Below, one piece after another: positions 28,878-42,703 of a DNA stretch of 64,000 nt. The position numbers were made by a program, and so were the translations under genes. The stretch lies in NCBI RefSeq assembly GCF_009914755.1, contig NC_060930.1; one strand, written 5' to 3'. Numbering within the stretch: the first letter of the stretch is position 1; each line of letters starts with the position of its first letter. Under the pieces are notes generated by a model. It worked only from the letters and a program-made list of their open reading frames with translations, was not told where the DNA came from and searched no databases. The stretch is from the human T2T-CHM13v2.0 reference genome, Homo sapiens.

Positions 28878-29229
28878 GGGTACTTACATTTTAAAGTAAT
28901 TTTTACTTAGCATTTATTTTGTGTTAATGGTCTTATGTTTTCCACTTTACATGTCTGTATCAGGTAGAGATCACTTTTACATATTATTGCAACATATAAT
29001 CTTGTCACAGTACATTGATTTATAATAGTGATAAGCCATGCATTTATTATTATACTGTTATTTTACAGAAAACTACTGAATATAACCCTATGGTAGAGAA
29101 ATGATTCACTATTATTATGGGCATGCATTATTGTTTGAAAACACATAAAATGTAATAAATACAGAATAACTTATGGTTTCAGGATATTTTTTAAGATTAG
29201 TATCTATTGGGAATTTGGGAACATGTTTT

Positions 29230-30700
29230 CTGGGATTCCCCAACTTGCAGCTTTCCTCTGGTTATTCATGTCAGAAGACTGCAGGTTTTCTACTGGAGTT
29301 TTAGTTGACCTGAGCAGTACTGACTGCACTGTCTTCAGTCTGAAAGCTGTAAGACTGGATAACTAACCCCATATTTATCCCTTCTCCCAAGTGTCAGCAC
29401 CCCACCAGAATCTGTTCACTTCTGTCCACTGTCCCATGCCTTCAGATGCCTGTTTTTATATTTTTCCAGAGTTTACATATAGTTGTTATCAACAGGGAGG
29501 GTTGGTTGAAGCAGAGCCAACTTGGTCCTATTAGAAGCAGAACTCTTCTCCTTGTTCTAAATAGAACACACCCTTGAGTATCATCCTGAGAAGGGTACAT
29601 GGGAAATATATATTTTGAAAACTCACATGTCCTAAAAATGTATTTGTTTTACTTGATTAATAGTTTGAATGATCACGGTTATCACACAATAATATTCTCT
29701 TAGAATATTTTAGACACTATACCATTATCTTCAAGCTTCCATTATTGCTGTTACAAAGTTGGATGTGAATCTGTTTCTTGACTTTTTATATTTGACCTGT
29801 TTTTTCCTCTTGAAGTTTTTAGAGTAGTCTCTTTGTTCCTGGTTTCCTGAAATTGCATAAGGATATGCCTTGGAATGGAGCTTTTTTCCATTCTTTGTGC
29901 TGGGTATTCATTGAACCCTGTCAGCTTTAGAAAGTCATGTCCTGCAGTTCTAGGAAAGTCAATTTTATTCTCATTCTTTTCTTCTCCCCACCCCTCCACC
30001 CCACCTCATATTCTCCGGAACTCCTCCTGAACTTTGTGAATTGAACTGAATCTTGTGAATTGATCTTCTAATGTTCTTTTGTTTTCTCTTCTATTTTCCT
30101 TTTTTTTTTTTTGGTCTTTTTGTTCTATTTTCTGATATGACCTCAACTTTTTCCTTCAATCCTTTTCCTGCATTTTGGATCTAGCAGTCCTATTTAGAGC
30201 TCTTCCTTATGCCTTTGTTGTTCTTTTGGTTTGCAGCATTCTTCTTTGTCTTGTGGGTGCAATATCTTATTCTCTCCAAGCATATTATAGTGTGTTCTTC
30301 CCTTTCTGCTCTCTTGTTTTTTTCTTTGCTTCCTCCAGGGTCCTTTTAAAAATGTCTTTATTTTGGGTCTTTGTCTTTTACCTTTGGAAATACTTGGTTG
30401 TCCATTCACATGTAAGAATAAGGCATTAAAAAGCTAATCAGAAGTTCTGAGTGCATAAGCAGAGTTTTATTGATTGGTGGGCTTCACTGGAGGGTGATAA
30501 GGTGGCTGGTCATGTTTTTCACTGGAGATCTCCAAATGTGAATATCTGTAAGTCTTTCTTTTGGCTATTCAGTTTCCTCCAAAGGTAAATCTTTCTGTCT
30601 AATTCCTGGGATAGAAGTTTTGCTGGTAGGGTTCTGGATGCTGAAAAGGTACAGATTGTTAGTTACACTATTTAATATGTAGGATTTTATACAACTCAAG
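29230..30700 (-). mobile_element. Old L1M 5'/ORF1 region fragments
   Basis: ORF 29751-29999(-) resembles degenerate L1 ORF1 (PRHILMQF...KETTLKTSR). Confidence 0.55.
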
Positions 30701-30800
30701 GGACATTAAAAAAAAAGAAAAGAAAATTTTAATGTAGGCTTTCAGTATGGTATCTCTCCCTTTTTCTTCATTGTTAAATCTACCCCAGCTGCTAAACTTA

Positions 30801-31222
30801 CTGTTGTGGGTAATGACTGTCTGGCTGGTTGTGTGAGTGATAAGAAGACAGTTGTGGGTAAAGAAAGACAAATGTATTAGAGAAAGTATGAAAATACGTT
30901 GTAAGGGTGCAACAGGCAGGTCAGCAAGAAAGAAGGTGGCTGCAAGGAGACAGAGGCTTGCTGGGGATTTTATAGGCTGGTACTTGTGCTGTGTGCTGAA
31001 GAGGGCTTTGTGCAGTGATAATGCCAAGGTTGCAGTGAACTAACTTGCATTTTTCTATCAACTGAGTGGCTGGTGATAGCTGGGCATAGGAGGATTTTGA
31101 GTTATTTGCACAGGAGGAGTATGTGTCCTGGACCATCAAGAAAGGCAGACTTATCTGCTTTCTCTTTTTGCTTTCCTCTGGTCCTGCCAGCCTGACTTTT
31201 TTCCCTTAATTAGAATTCCAGA
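30801..31222. mobile_element. Probable ERV solo LTR
   Basis: ~420-bp block beginning tgttgtgggtaatgac, interrupting old L1 sequence; family not determined. Confidence 0.45.
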
Positions 31223-32229
31223 CTTGCCAGTTTCTGCTGGAGTGGAGGAGGGCAGGAATCTGGCTATCCAAGTGGAAGGAGAGAATCTAAGGAACTGTCT
31301 TTATCTTATTTTCAAACAAATACCCGTTTGCAGCCTAACTCCTCACCTGTACATTCAGCTGTATCTGCTAGTGCCAAGCCTTTGGAGAGTTCTTTGGTGA
31401 GAACTGGTCTGCTTCATTTTGGCTCTGTATTCCACCTCTCACATTCTGATTTCCCATCAATTAAGGTTCTGCTCATCCAAGTAAGGAGAGCAATGCCAGT
31501 CATTCCTTCTTCTAGGCTCCCTAATGTTTCCAAGTCATTCTCTTAGAGAACACTTCCCTCATCACTTGCCTTTGGGGAGGATAAGTCGTCATCCTCTTCT
31601 TTCCCAAGGGGAAGGCAGGGAAAGGCTCTTATCACACATACTATACCCAAAAGCTAGTGACTGTTGTTCCATTTCCCCCTCCTTATAAAGACACTGTGTT
31701 GTGGGGTATAACAGGAGATGGTGGAGGAGGGGTGGCAATAGAAGTGGCACTGCTTATATAACCATGAGGGCTTATATAGACCTAGTGGCTGTTGGCACTA
31801 GGTGGCTCATTGGCAGTTCTGTTTAGAAAGTAGGGGGATACTTAACACTCTAACCATCAACTTTGTGCCTTAATTGTAATTCTAGGACAAGAGGGAAATA
31901 TTACACTTACAGAACTCTTACTCTTCCATTGTATAAGTGTATCCAAATGTACTTAACCAAATTCCCCATTGTGGGACATTTCTTTTTCACTTTTGTGATG
32001 CTAGGAACAGTATTACAGTGATCACCCTTGTAGTAGTTAACCATTATTATGTCCATAGGTAAAATTCCTATGAGTTTCATATTTCATAAAAACATACACA
32101 TTTTTAGTACTTTCATTAAATATTATCTGTTTGCCTGAAATCTGGTACTATTTTTGTACTCCTCCCAGCTGTACATAAGAGTGTTGTTTGAGATAACTGA
32201 ACAGGAGGAGATCGACAGGAACATGAACA

Positions 32230-32385
32230 AGAACTCATTCACATGTTAGGAGGGTGGCACAGCCCAGCTCCAAGGGGACAGATACTCCTGTGCTAAGGAC
32301 CCTTGCAGAGCTCATTGTATGTATCTCTTCATTTGGCTGTGTATTTATTTTCTTTAAGATATCCTTTGTAATAAACTATTAAACA
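32230..32385. mobile_element. MER21-type LTR fragment
   Basis: ggagggtggcac..ccagctcca.ggggacaga.actcctgtgct..ggaccctt...gtatctcttcatttggctgt. Confidence 0.7.
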
Positions 32386-32688
32386 AGAATCTTGGTCGAC
32401 CAGCATCTTGGTCGACCATGAGGAGGGAGAAATGTGAGGGCATGCTGACAGAATCGTTTCAACTCTTCTCAATTGATCATCTTCCTAAAAGGTGACTAAG
32501 TGGAATGTAGTGAATGTGAGTGAATCTTTCTTGAGGGTGAGATTTGAAACCTCTGGAAATAATTAATGAGAACATAAAATTCTCAACCTTCATAACTATG
32601 ACGAAGGCAGAGACACCGTATAAGACTGAACTAAATACCACTGGCCCCAGGACTGGACCTGATCATTTTTCTTGGACTAAACCTCTGA

Positions 32689-33056
<368 letters not shown>

Positions 33057-33279
33057 TCCATCGTGTTCTTATTAAAAATTTGAAAACATGCTGCCTCCTA
33101 TTTACACCAGAGGATACTTCGACAAGAAATATAATTATGGGACCATGTTTTCATCTTGCCTTCTTGCTTCATTCCGAAACTTGCTTACTCTTCTCTTTTC
33201 ATATTCCCAAGTTCCTCTGGAGTCATTATACAGAACAGAGCATACTGGGAAAGCATTATGTTAAAAAGTATCTAAGGAC

Positions 33280-33850
33280 GCAGTGTCCATTGATGGATAA
33301 ATGGATAAATTGTGGTCTATATACACAATGGAATATTATTCAACCTTAAAAAAGGAGATCCTGCAATTTGCAACAACATGGATAAAACTGGAGGACATTA
33401 TATTAAGTAAAATAAGCTAGATACAGACAGAAAGATACTACAAGATCTCACTTGGATATGGGATCTTCTAAAAAAGTCAAATACTTAGAAACAGAGAAAT
33501 CAAATAAGTAGAAATAGAATAGAGCAGTCATTACCAGGGATGGGGGTTGAGTGAGGAGAAGGGGAAGGGATGAGGAGAGGTAGGTCAAAAGATAGCAAGT
33601 TGCAATTACAAAGGATGACTAAGTCTAAAGATCAAATATACAGCATGAGGACTATAGTTGAAAATAGTGTATTGTATACTGGAAATTTGCTAAAAGAATA
33701 GATTTTAGGTGCTCTTACCGCCCCCAACCCCTCACACACAAAAGGTAACTGAGATGATGGATATGTCAATTTGATTGGCTGTAGTGATAATTTCACTATA
33801 TATATCAAAACATCATGTAGTACACCTTAATATATACAACAAAAAAGTTT
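33280..33850 (+). mobile_element. L1MA-type 3' end
   Basis: gtgtccattgatggataaatggataaa...tacaccttaatatatacaa followed by an A-rich tail. Confidence 0.85.
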
Positions 33851-34015
33851 AAAATATTTTTTTAAACGAATGTCCATTTGCTTAGGATAGTTTATCTTTT
33901 TCCTTCTCTCTGCCAATTTGGATAGAAGAATGGCATCTTATTATTTTACTTTGCATTTGTTATTACTTGTTAAAAACAGAATGATTTTACATATGCTGCT
34001 TGTTCACCGAGCTAT

Positions 34016-34124
34016 CTTTTTTTTTTTTTTTTGAGATGGAATCTCGCTCCGTCGCCCAGGCTGGAGGGCAGTGGCACAATCTCTCTCCCTCCCTCCCTTC
34101 CTTCCTTCCTCCCTCCCTCCTTTC

Positions 34125-34156
<32 letters not shown>

Positions 34157-34435
34157 GAGTCATGGTCTCCCTCTGTAGCCCAGGCTGGAGTCCAGTGGCA
34201 TGATCTTGGGTCACTGCATCCTCCACCTCCCAGGTTCAAGGATTCTCATGCCTCAGCCTCCTGAGTAGCTGGGATCACAGGCACGCACCACCATGCCGGC
34301 TAATTTTTGTATTTTTTGTAGAGATAAAGTTTTGCTGTGTTGGCCAGGCTGGTCTCCAACTCCTGGCCTCAAGTAATCTGACCACCTCGGCTTCCCAAAG
34401 TGCCAGGATTCTAGGCATGCGTCCCACGCCTGGAT
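34016..34435 (-). mobile_element. Alu plus a second ~50-bp Alu 3' fragment joined through a (CCTT/CCCT)n tract
   Basis: Fragment 34016-34080, pyrimidine microsatellite 34081-34156, full Alu 34157-34435. Confidence 0.88.
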
Positions 34436-34835
34436 TACACCAATAAAATTTTTTATTTTGCATTTTGTAACTTCTGAGTGATTATAATAGAATTCTTATA
34501 AGACACTGTTATAACAAAAATAATTTTGTGATATTTCACATGTAATTTCACTATATAGAAAATCAAGTATTGTAATTTCACAGGTGACTTAGGAGAGGTG
34601 ACCTGATTGAAGTTTAGTGAGTCACATTTTGATAATATAGTATATACGAGACCATAGAGTAATAAAGAAATCACCACTGAGGAAGATTGCAAGGAATTAT
34701 TTATTCACCAAATATGCTTTTGGAGGCCTGTCTTCTTTCTTGGTTGTTTTTCAGAATTCAGTTTTACTCCTATGTTGAGTAATGTGCCTGTCCTAAGGAA
34801 AGATTAACTTTCTAAATGACAGCAGACCATACTGA

Positions 34836-35193
<358 letters not shown>

Positions 35194-35211
35194 AGCTCAC
35201 TTTTTAAAAAT

Positions 35212-36710
35212 ATATATTTTATTTTAAGTTTGGGGATACATGTGTAGGATGTGCAGATTTGTTACATAGGTAAATGTGTGCCATGGTGTTTGCTGCACCG
35301 ATCAACCCATCACCTAGATATTAAGCCCCACATGCATTAGCTATTTATCCTGATGCTCTTCCTCCCTCTCCCCCCGGCTCCTGACAGGCTCTGGTGTGTG
35401 TTGTTCCCCTCCATGTGTCCATGTGTTCTCATTGTTCAGCTTCCACTTTAGAAGCGAGAACATGTAGTGTTTGGTTTTCTGTTCCTGTGTTAGTTTGCTG
35501 AGGATAATGGCTTCCAGCTCCATCCATGTGCCTGCAAAGGACGTGATCTGCTTCCTTTTCTGGCTGCAGAGTATTCCATATAGTCTATGTGTACACATTT
35601 TCTTTATCCAGTCCATCATTGATAGGCATTGGGGTTGATTCCCTGTCTTTGCTGTTGTGAATAGTGCTGCAACAAATATATGTGTGCATTTATCTTTATA
35701 ATAGAATGATTTATATTCCTTTGGGTATATATCCACTAATGGGATTGCTGGGTCAAATGGTATTTCTGGTTCTAGATCCTTGAGGAATCACCATACTGTC
35801 TTCCACAATGGTTGAGCTAATTTACATTCCCACCAACAATGTAAAAGCATTCTTATTTCTCCACAGCCTTACCAGCATCTATTGTTTCTTGACTTTTTAA
35901 TAATCGCCATTCTAACTGGTATGAGATGTTATCTCATTGTGGTTTTGATTTGCATTTCCCTAATGACCAGTGGTGTTGAGCCTTCTTTCATATGTCTGTT
36001 GGCCGCATGAATGTCTTCTTTCAAGAAGTGTCTGTTCATGTCCTTTGCTCACTTTTTGATGGGGTTGTTTGTTTTCTTTTTTCTTGTAAATTTGTTTAAG
36101 TTCCTTGTAGATTCTGGATATTAAACCTTTGTCAGATGGGTAGATTACAAAACTTTCTCCTATTCTGTAGGTTGTTTCTTCGCTCTGATGATAGTTTCTT
36201 TTGCTGTGCAGAAGCTCTTTAGTTTAATTAGATCCCATTTGTCAATTTTTGCCTTCATTGCAATTGCTTTTGGTGATTTCATCATAAAATCTTTGCCCAT
36301 GCCTATGTCCTGAATGATATTGCCTAGATTTTCTTCTAGGGTTTTTATGGTTTTGGGTTTTACATTTAAGCCTTTAATCCATCTTGAGTTAATTTTTATA
36401 TAAGGCATAAGGAAGGGGTCCAGTTTTGGTTTTCTGCATATGGCTAGCCAGTTTTCCCAGCACCATTTATTAAACAGGAAATCCTTTCCCCATTGCTTGT
36501 TTTTGTCAGGTTTCTTAAAGATCAGATGGTTGTAGATGTGTGGTCTTATTTCTGAGATCTCTGTTCTGTTCCATTGGTCTATGTGTCTGTATTGGTACCA
36601 GTACCAGGCTGTTTTGGTTACTGTAGCCTTGTAGTATAGTTTGAAGTTTGCTAGCGTGATGCCTCCAGCTTTGTTCTTTTTGCTTAAGATTGTCTTGGCT
36701 ATATGGGCTC
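35212..36710 (-). mobile_element. 5'-truncated L1PA (about PA7-PA10)
   Basis: Frameshifted ORF2 remnants (35341-35736, 36160-36408) plus 3' UTR; TSD aaaagcagctcactttt/aaaagtagcttactttt. Confidence 0.93.
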
Positions 36711-38199
36711 AAAAGTAGCTTACTTTTAAGCTCTTTTTTTTCTTTTTTTGCTTGTATACACCAAAGGTGGTGTTGGTTCCAAATGAATTCTCAAGAATAA
36801 TGTCTAAACAGACATGTGCTTGGCATGACCATTGACATTTACATTGGTTTGTGTGATTTCTTTTTCCTTTAAGATTGTTTCTGTCTCTAAAATTACTTTC
36901 TATAGTGTCATTTCATTATTTTAATACCACTCTATTTGAATATGACACTAGACCTCATGGAAGTCAAATAGCATTTCTCCTGCAAAGTTGACCATTGCAA
37001 ATGATGTTTTTAATGTCCTTTGAGGTGGAGTGGTTATTACTTGGAATGTGACAATTTCAAACTTTTCATAATAACTATATGCTTTGTTGCATTTTAAAGA
37101 CATTTGCTCTAGAACAGTTGAAGAATTGGGTGCTTGTGTATTAAATGCCTACCACCTGATAATTATCTCAAGGGAGAATTTGTTTAGTTTAAGCTTAATC
37201 TAAATAAAAGATAACCTGTCACACTAATTTTCAATAAGACTTTAGTAAGATGGATGTCCAGAATTTAGTTTAATTGCTTCCACTACTACGTAAGAGTGAT
37301 CTGTGTGTCAAAATTAAGCATATTGGCAGGTCAACCTGTAAAAGTTTGTATGTGGAGTTGAAGTAAACTTACATTTTTACTTGAAGCTCTTTTTAACAGT
37401 TTATTTCTTCTGCCAGTTATTTTATTGACTGTTAATTTACCACCCCTCTTAAAAAAAAAAGGCGAGAGGAAAAAGGCCATAGCATCATCTCATTTATATA
37501 TGAGTTCCCTAAACCATATGGTGATTTCTAATTAGAATACAAAAGATTCTGTGATGAGACTAACTTCATAGTAGCTGTAACAGTGGGCATCACAGAAGGA
37601 GAGAGTTTTCTTCAATTTCCAACAAGGAGACTTTTGAGAGAAACTGTGTGGTCTATAATTGTCCTTATACTAGAAGTCTGACAAAGTTATTGATGTGCAG
37701 ATCAAGTTGGCATTTCGAAGGTAGTAATTTAATTCTGGAGGTTTGATCCTCTCAGTCAGTGGCTTGACTTGATTTTTTTAAAATGCAGCTTCAATATTTA
37801 ATTTCACATGTACCCTCTCAGTAGAGATTTCAAAGGATACTTTGCTGGATGCTTGACTGCCTTGTCTATTTGCTCTTGTTTTGCATGCAAGAGAGAGCCA
37901 GAAGCTTTCTTCTCATTGTGTACACATGGTATTAATGGATTTACTCTGCCTGTATCGTCTCATTACTGGAAACAGCTAGAAGCACAGAAGTCTTTCAGTG
38001 TATGCAAATAAGGCAGAATCATCTACCTGAGAGTTAATATTCTCTGCTTTTAAGTGTATTCTAAATCTAATGTTTGTATTTAGAGCATAACATCCTGTTC
38101 TTTTTTTTTATGGGCAAAAAGCTAAGCAGTCTCAGGCAGCTGTTTGATGTTGGCTTCAAGTGTTATTAATTTCATATTCTATTATTCTTTTCACTGTAG

Positions 38200-38270
38200 C
38201 ACAAGTGAAGCTGATGTGGAGGCTGTCATGGATAAGTTGTTTGATGAGCTGGCTCAGAAACAAAATGATT
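38200..38270 (+). CDS. AFG1L: AFG1L internal coding exon B (71 nt, phase 2 to 1), (L)TSEADVEAVMDKLFDELAQKQND(L)
   Basis: Pyrimidine tract plus ctgtag acceptor ending 38199; donor gtacgt at 38271; frame is compatible with both neighbouring exons. Confidence 0.95.
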
Positions 38271-38526
38271 GTACGTAAGTTAATTTCTCTTGAAAGAGAA
38301 TACATTTAGAACACAATGCCCAATCTCCACTGACCAATTAATAAGTTCCATTGCTGTATATGGGTTGATGCCACGCTCAAGTGGCAGTCATTGTATCAGC
38401 ATTTTGTCTAATTTATGTGTTGAATCATGTGCTATTATTCATCAAGCTATGCATTTCCTATCTGTAAGAGATGAATTTTATAGTAATTATCCAGACAAGA
38501 TTGAGTCTTTGTTCATGTTCCCATAG

Positions 38527-38627
38527 TAACTAGACCAAGGATTCTAAAAGTGCAAGGCAGAGAGCTGCGCCTGAATAAAGCCTGTGGAACCGTTGCCGAC
38601 TGCACATTTGAAGAGCTGTGTGAGAGA
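38527..38627 (+). CDS. AFG1L: AFG1L internal coding exon C (101 nt, phase 1 to 0), (L)TRPRILKVQGRELRLNKACGTVADCTFEELCER
   Basis: Acceptor ccatag ending 38526, donor gtaagt at 38628; contains the V-x-GR and F-x-ELC motifs typical of AFG1/ZapE ATPases. Confidence 0.95.
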
Positions 38628-39490
38628 GTAAGTATCCAGGCACGTCCAGACTCACTGGCCTTTTCACATGTTAAAATACTTCGTGTTTTCCTCTCTGCCC
38701 ATTTCAGATTTTAAAATACCATTCACAGAGTCAGAATCGATTTAAAAGTCTCATTAAGGGAAATACTCATCTATTTTTGCCATGTGCTTTTTATAGATAT
38801 TGGCACAAAATTTGCACTTAGAGGGGCTCTAATGCAAAATTAGAAATGCAGAGAGAACTGTCAACTGTTGCTAGAAGCAAAAATAAAATCAGTTTTGGGG
38901 CTGTTTTGTAAAAGTCAAACATAAGAGATTTTGGAAAAATATTTGAGGTGAGAGTTAGGAAAAAGGAAGATGAAATAATGCTATCATGATCCAAGGAAGC
39001 ATCACATAAAAGAATTTCCACTCCTTGTACTGATTGCCCATCTGATATTGCCATAACATTGGACCTACTAGGGCCAGGGTCAAAGAAGGTGAATTTCTAT
39101 AACTGTGGCATCTATATTATATATTAAATAATATGTTCAACAGAGAAAAAATGTTTAGCTGTATATGCACACATTCATATAACTGAGAAAGATCTTGACT
39201 GCAGATTCATTATAGATATGAATTCTGTCTTTTAAAAAATCTGGAATTCTAAGTACTTCAGTGGATATTCAATGTATTTATTGATTGCAAATCTTGAGGA
39301 AAACAAATCCAAATTAGATATAATTTTAAGCATAATTTTTCGATTGACATGCTTAATTTATCATTCTAGCTGGTCTCTGATTTATCTTGACTTTTAGGTA
39401 ACTAAAGAACAGTTGCTTTTCAGTAAGGGAAAAGACAAAATACTTATACCTGCGGCCATTTTATGAGTGCTTTTCTTAAAAGCTAGTGAC

Positions 39491-39777
39491 GGCCGGGTGC
39501 GGTGGCTCGCGCCTGTAATCCCAGCACTTTGGGAGGCCGAGGCGGGTGGATCATGAGGTCAGGAGATTGAGACCATCCTAGCTAACACGGTGAAACCTCG
39601 TCTCTACTAAAAATAGAAAAAATTAGCCGGGCGTTGTGGCGGGCGCCTGTAGTCCCAGCTGCTGGGGAGGCTGAGGCAGGAGAATGGCGTGAACCCGGGA
39701 GGCGGAGCCTGCATTGAGCCGAGGTCGCTCCACTGCATTCCAGTCTGGGTGACAGTGCGAGACTCCGTCTCGAAAAA
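39491..39777 (+). mobile_element. AluY, CpG-rich, very short tail
   Basis: Y diagnostics; tail is only A5. Confidence 0.95.
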
Positions 39778-40375
39778 GCAATTATTTAGCACTTCAGAAC
39801 CAGCATAGTTTAGGATCAGTGAGGATCCTCCGACAGGGTGGTAATGTTGATCTCTGTTAGTGAAAGTCATTCTGGGTGATACGGACCTTTCAGACCTCTT
39901 CTGGATCAATCTTTAAGGTCCTGATAACCTAACATCTCCTGACAAAATTCTATTAAGGCTCCCACTTAGGTCTGACTTATTTTGCAAGGAAAATAAACTT
40001 GAGAAGAATCTTGTATATCCAAAAGATGAAGCTCCTCCACTTTCTGCAGAAGAGGGGAACGGGAAAAGACAGGCCTGTTGAATCTTGGGGGAGGAAGGAA
40101 AAGATGGTCTCTTTTGGAGCAGACACTGAGTTTTATCCACATTTTAAAAATATGCTCATTGTTTTAGGAGTTTTAGTAACAGGAAAAGGCCACTTATCAG
40201 GAACCAAAATCTTCAGTTTATTTACTGTCCGGGGGTGATGGGGAAGAAGATTGATTGAGACTTTATCTTGAAAAATGAAATAACACTTATAAAAATAAAT
40301 TGTTTTGTCTTATTTGACAAAAAATATGGATTATAATAGCAACTACAAACTAAACTCTTAGATTAAACAATGAAC

Positions 40376-40626
40376 AAGTGCAGTGGCATGATTATGGCTC
40401 ACTACAGCCTTGACCTCCTGGGCTCAGGCAATCCTCCCACCTCAGCCTCCCTGGTAGGTGGGACTGCAGGCACACAACGCCATGCTTGGCTAGTTTAAAA
40501 AGTTTTGTAGAGATGGGGGTCTTACCATGTTGTCCAGGCTGTTCTCAAATTCCTGGCCTCAAGAGATCCACCCACCTCAGCCTTCCAAAGTGCTGGGATT
40601 ACAGATGTGAGCTACCATGACCAGCC
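40376..40626 (-). mobile_element. AluJ lacking its 3' end and tail
   Basis: Begins abruptly at agtgcagtggcatg. Confidence 0.88.
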
Positions 40627-41574
40627 TTGTCAATTATTTTCTTTTGAAGTTTTTGTGATGTTATTATTTGTTGATTTTTTTTTTCTCCAAGTTGGCCAGA
40701 TCTTCATTTGTCAGTGAGTTTGCATGGACAGGTTTGCCCCTTATCTAGACTGTAATTGTGGGGTGTTTACTACATTACACAAGCACTGAATGACCTGCAA
40801 AAGGCATTGACGTGATAAGTGGGGTTAGGTCGCAGTGTTAAGCTATGAGGGATCTTTCAGGAAGGGCTAAGTTTTTAAGTAGCTAGTTTGTTTATGACTA
40901 TTTTCTTGTTATGATGATTTTGCATTGCTTTGCAACCTTGTAACTGCAATTCAGATATTGATTTCTTGCATGAAGAGGACAATTGAAATCCCTCAACTTC
41001 AGATGTAGCCTAAAACTCTTAATGAGTTATAATGATCTTATGAGCCAGGCTAAATAATTGCCAAAAACCATTAAGTAAAGATAAAAACACATCCAACCTA
41101 AGGTAAAGAAGCAGGCATCTATCTGGTGTGCCTGGGACAGTCCCAGCTTTGGATCATCTATCCTAATTTTCTAGAAGGCTCTTGAAGCCCAAGACTTGCC
41201 CAGTCACCTGATACCATCATGAAAAAGTCTTTGGCAAGGAGTAGATTGGTTAACAGTCCATAATGACTATTTTTGAGCCATGGCCCCTTCCAAGGAAAAA
41301 ATAATACAGAAACTTACCTGTGTCTTGATAAGGTAAAAGAAGGTTTAGATTGGAAGCCCTTGACATATGCCATAAGTAAAATGAAAAAGCCTGACACATT
41401 CTGCTGTTTGCACACCTCTTCCCTCACTGTTCCAAGCACAGTTCCTCAGATTTAGAATCCTGCAGGTTAACATCTAGCTTCTTGGTATCTCCTGGATTCT
41501 CTTTCTTCGTAAATTTGTAATTCAGTACCGTCATGTTCAGCAGTCTGAGTTAGGAGACCCTGCAACACATACAT

Positions 41575-41815
41575 AATAATAATAATGAATATAGCCACAC
41601 ATCAGGTATCATTCTAAGCGCTTTTATATATTAACTCATTTGATACTTACAATAGGTAGGCACTAATATTGTCCCCATTTTATAGGTAGAGAATTTGAAA
41701 CACCAAGATGTTAAGTTACCTTCCCAAGGTCACAAAGCTAATAAGTGGTGTAGCCAGAGCTCAGACTTCTTGGTAGTTTGGGAGTCAGATTCTGTGCTTT
41801 TAATCACTACATTGT
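41575..41815. mobile_element. MIR
   Basis: ccccattttataggtagagaa...gttaagttaccttcccaaggtcacaaagctaataagtgg. Confidence 0.8.
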
Positions 41816-41887
41816 ATCTGAAGATGTTCTGGACAAGTTTTTCCTCAATCTTTAATATACTTTGGACTCTATCTTAAAGTGTAATCA

Positions 41888-42165
41888 TTTGGGAGGCCGA
41901 GGCAGGCGGATCACATGAGGTCAGGAGTTCAAGACCAGCCTGGACAACATGGCAAAACCCCGTCTCTACTAAAAATATAGAAATTAGCCGGGCGTGGTGG
42001 CAAGCATCTGTAATCCCAGCTACTCAGGAGGCTGAGACATGAGAATCATTTGAACCCAGGAGGTGGAGGTTGCAGTGAGCCAAGATCACACCACTGCATT
42101 CCAGCCTGGGTGAGAGACTCTGTCTCAATAAATAAATAAATAAATAACAACAACAAAAATAAATA
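41888..42165 (+). mobile_element. AluS, 5' truncated
   Basis: TSD taaagtgtaatca. Confidence 0.93.
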
Positions 42166-42703
42166 AAGTGTAATCAGATAATTTGTGAATTCTCACATCT
42201 GAGCTAAGCTTTAAGAATTTTATGGAGCATGAAGCTGAATGGGGAACAGACATCCTCCAGTCCTGAGAGCCTCCCTCTGTGTTGAAAACCTTAGTACGGA
42301 CCTGCCCAACTCATGTGTGTTGGCATACCCACTGGGAAGTCCAGCTACGAGCCCCTCTGCTCTTCTGAAGGCTGTACCTCCAGGGTTTGTGGCTCCAGGC
42401 AAGAGGCCCCAAGCCTTAGGCAGCCTCATCCCTTTGCCCATTAATAAAAATACTTTCTCTTCCTGCCATGACAAAGGTTGGGAAGTGCTGCCTTAGAGAA
42501 GTGTGGGAGGGTGGAGGAGAATATGTTTGGGTGGTCTTTGTTCCCTGCCGTTCCCTCCATATCAGAGCTGTGGCAAAGGAACATGAAGCAGATCCATCTC
42601 TGTGGACATGACATGAGCTTTCAAGTTTCCTTTCCTTACCTTGATACAGCTACTTGGTTTAATCCAAGGGTAGTGGAGAAGTCAGAAATATGGTTATTGA
42701 AGA

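Noticed and set aside
38290-38526. 78-aa ORF filling the short intron
   Set aside because: Non-ATG start, no recognisable homology, and its stop is simply the acceptor TAG; chance.
38574-38579. AATAAA in exon C as a poly(A) signal
   Set aside because: It encodes Asn-Lys within coding sequence and is followed closely by a strong splice donor.
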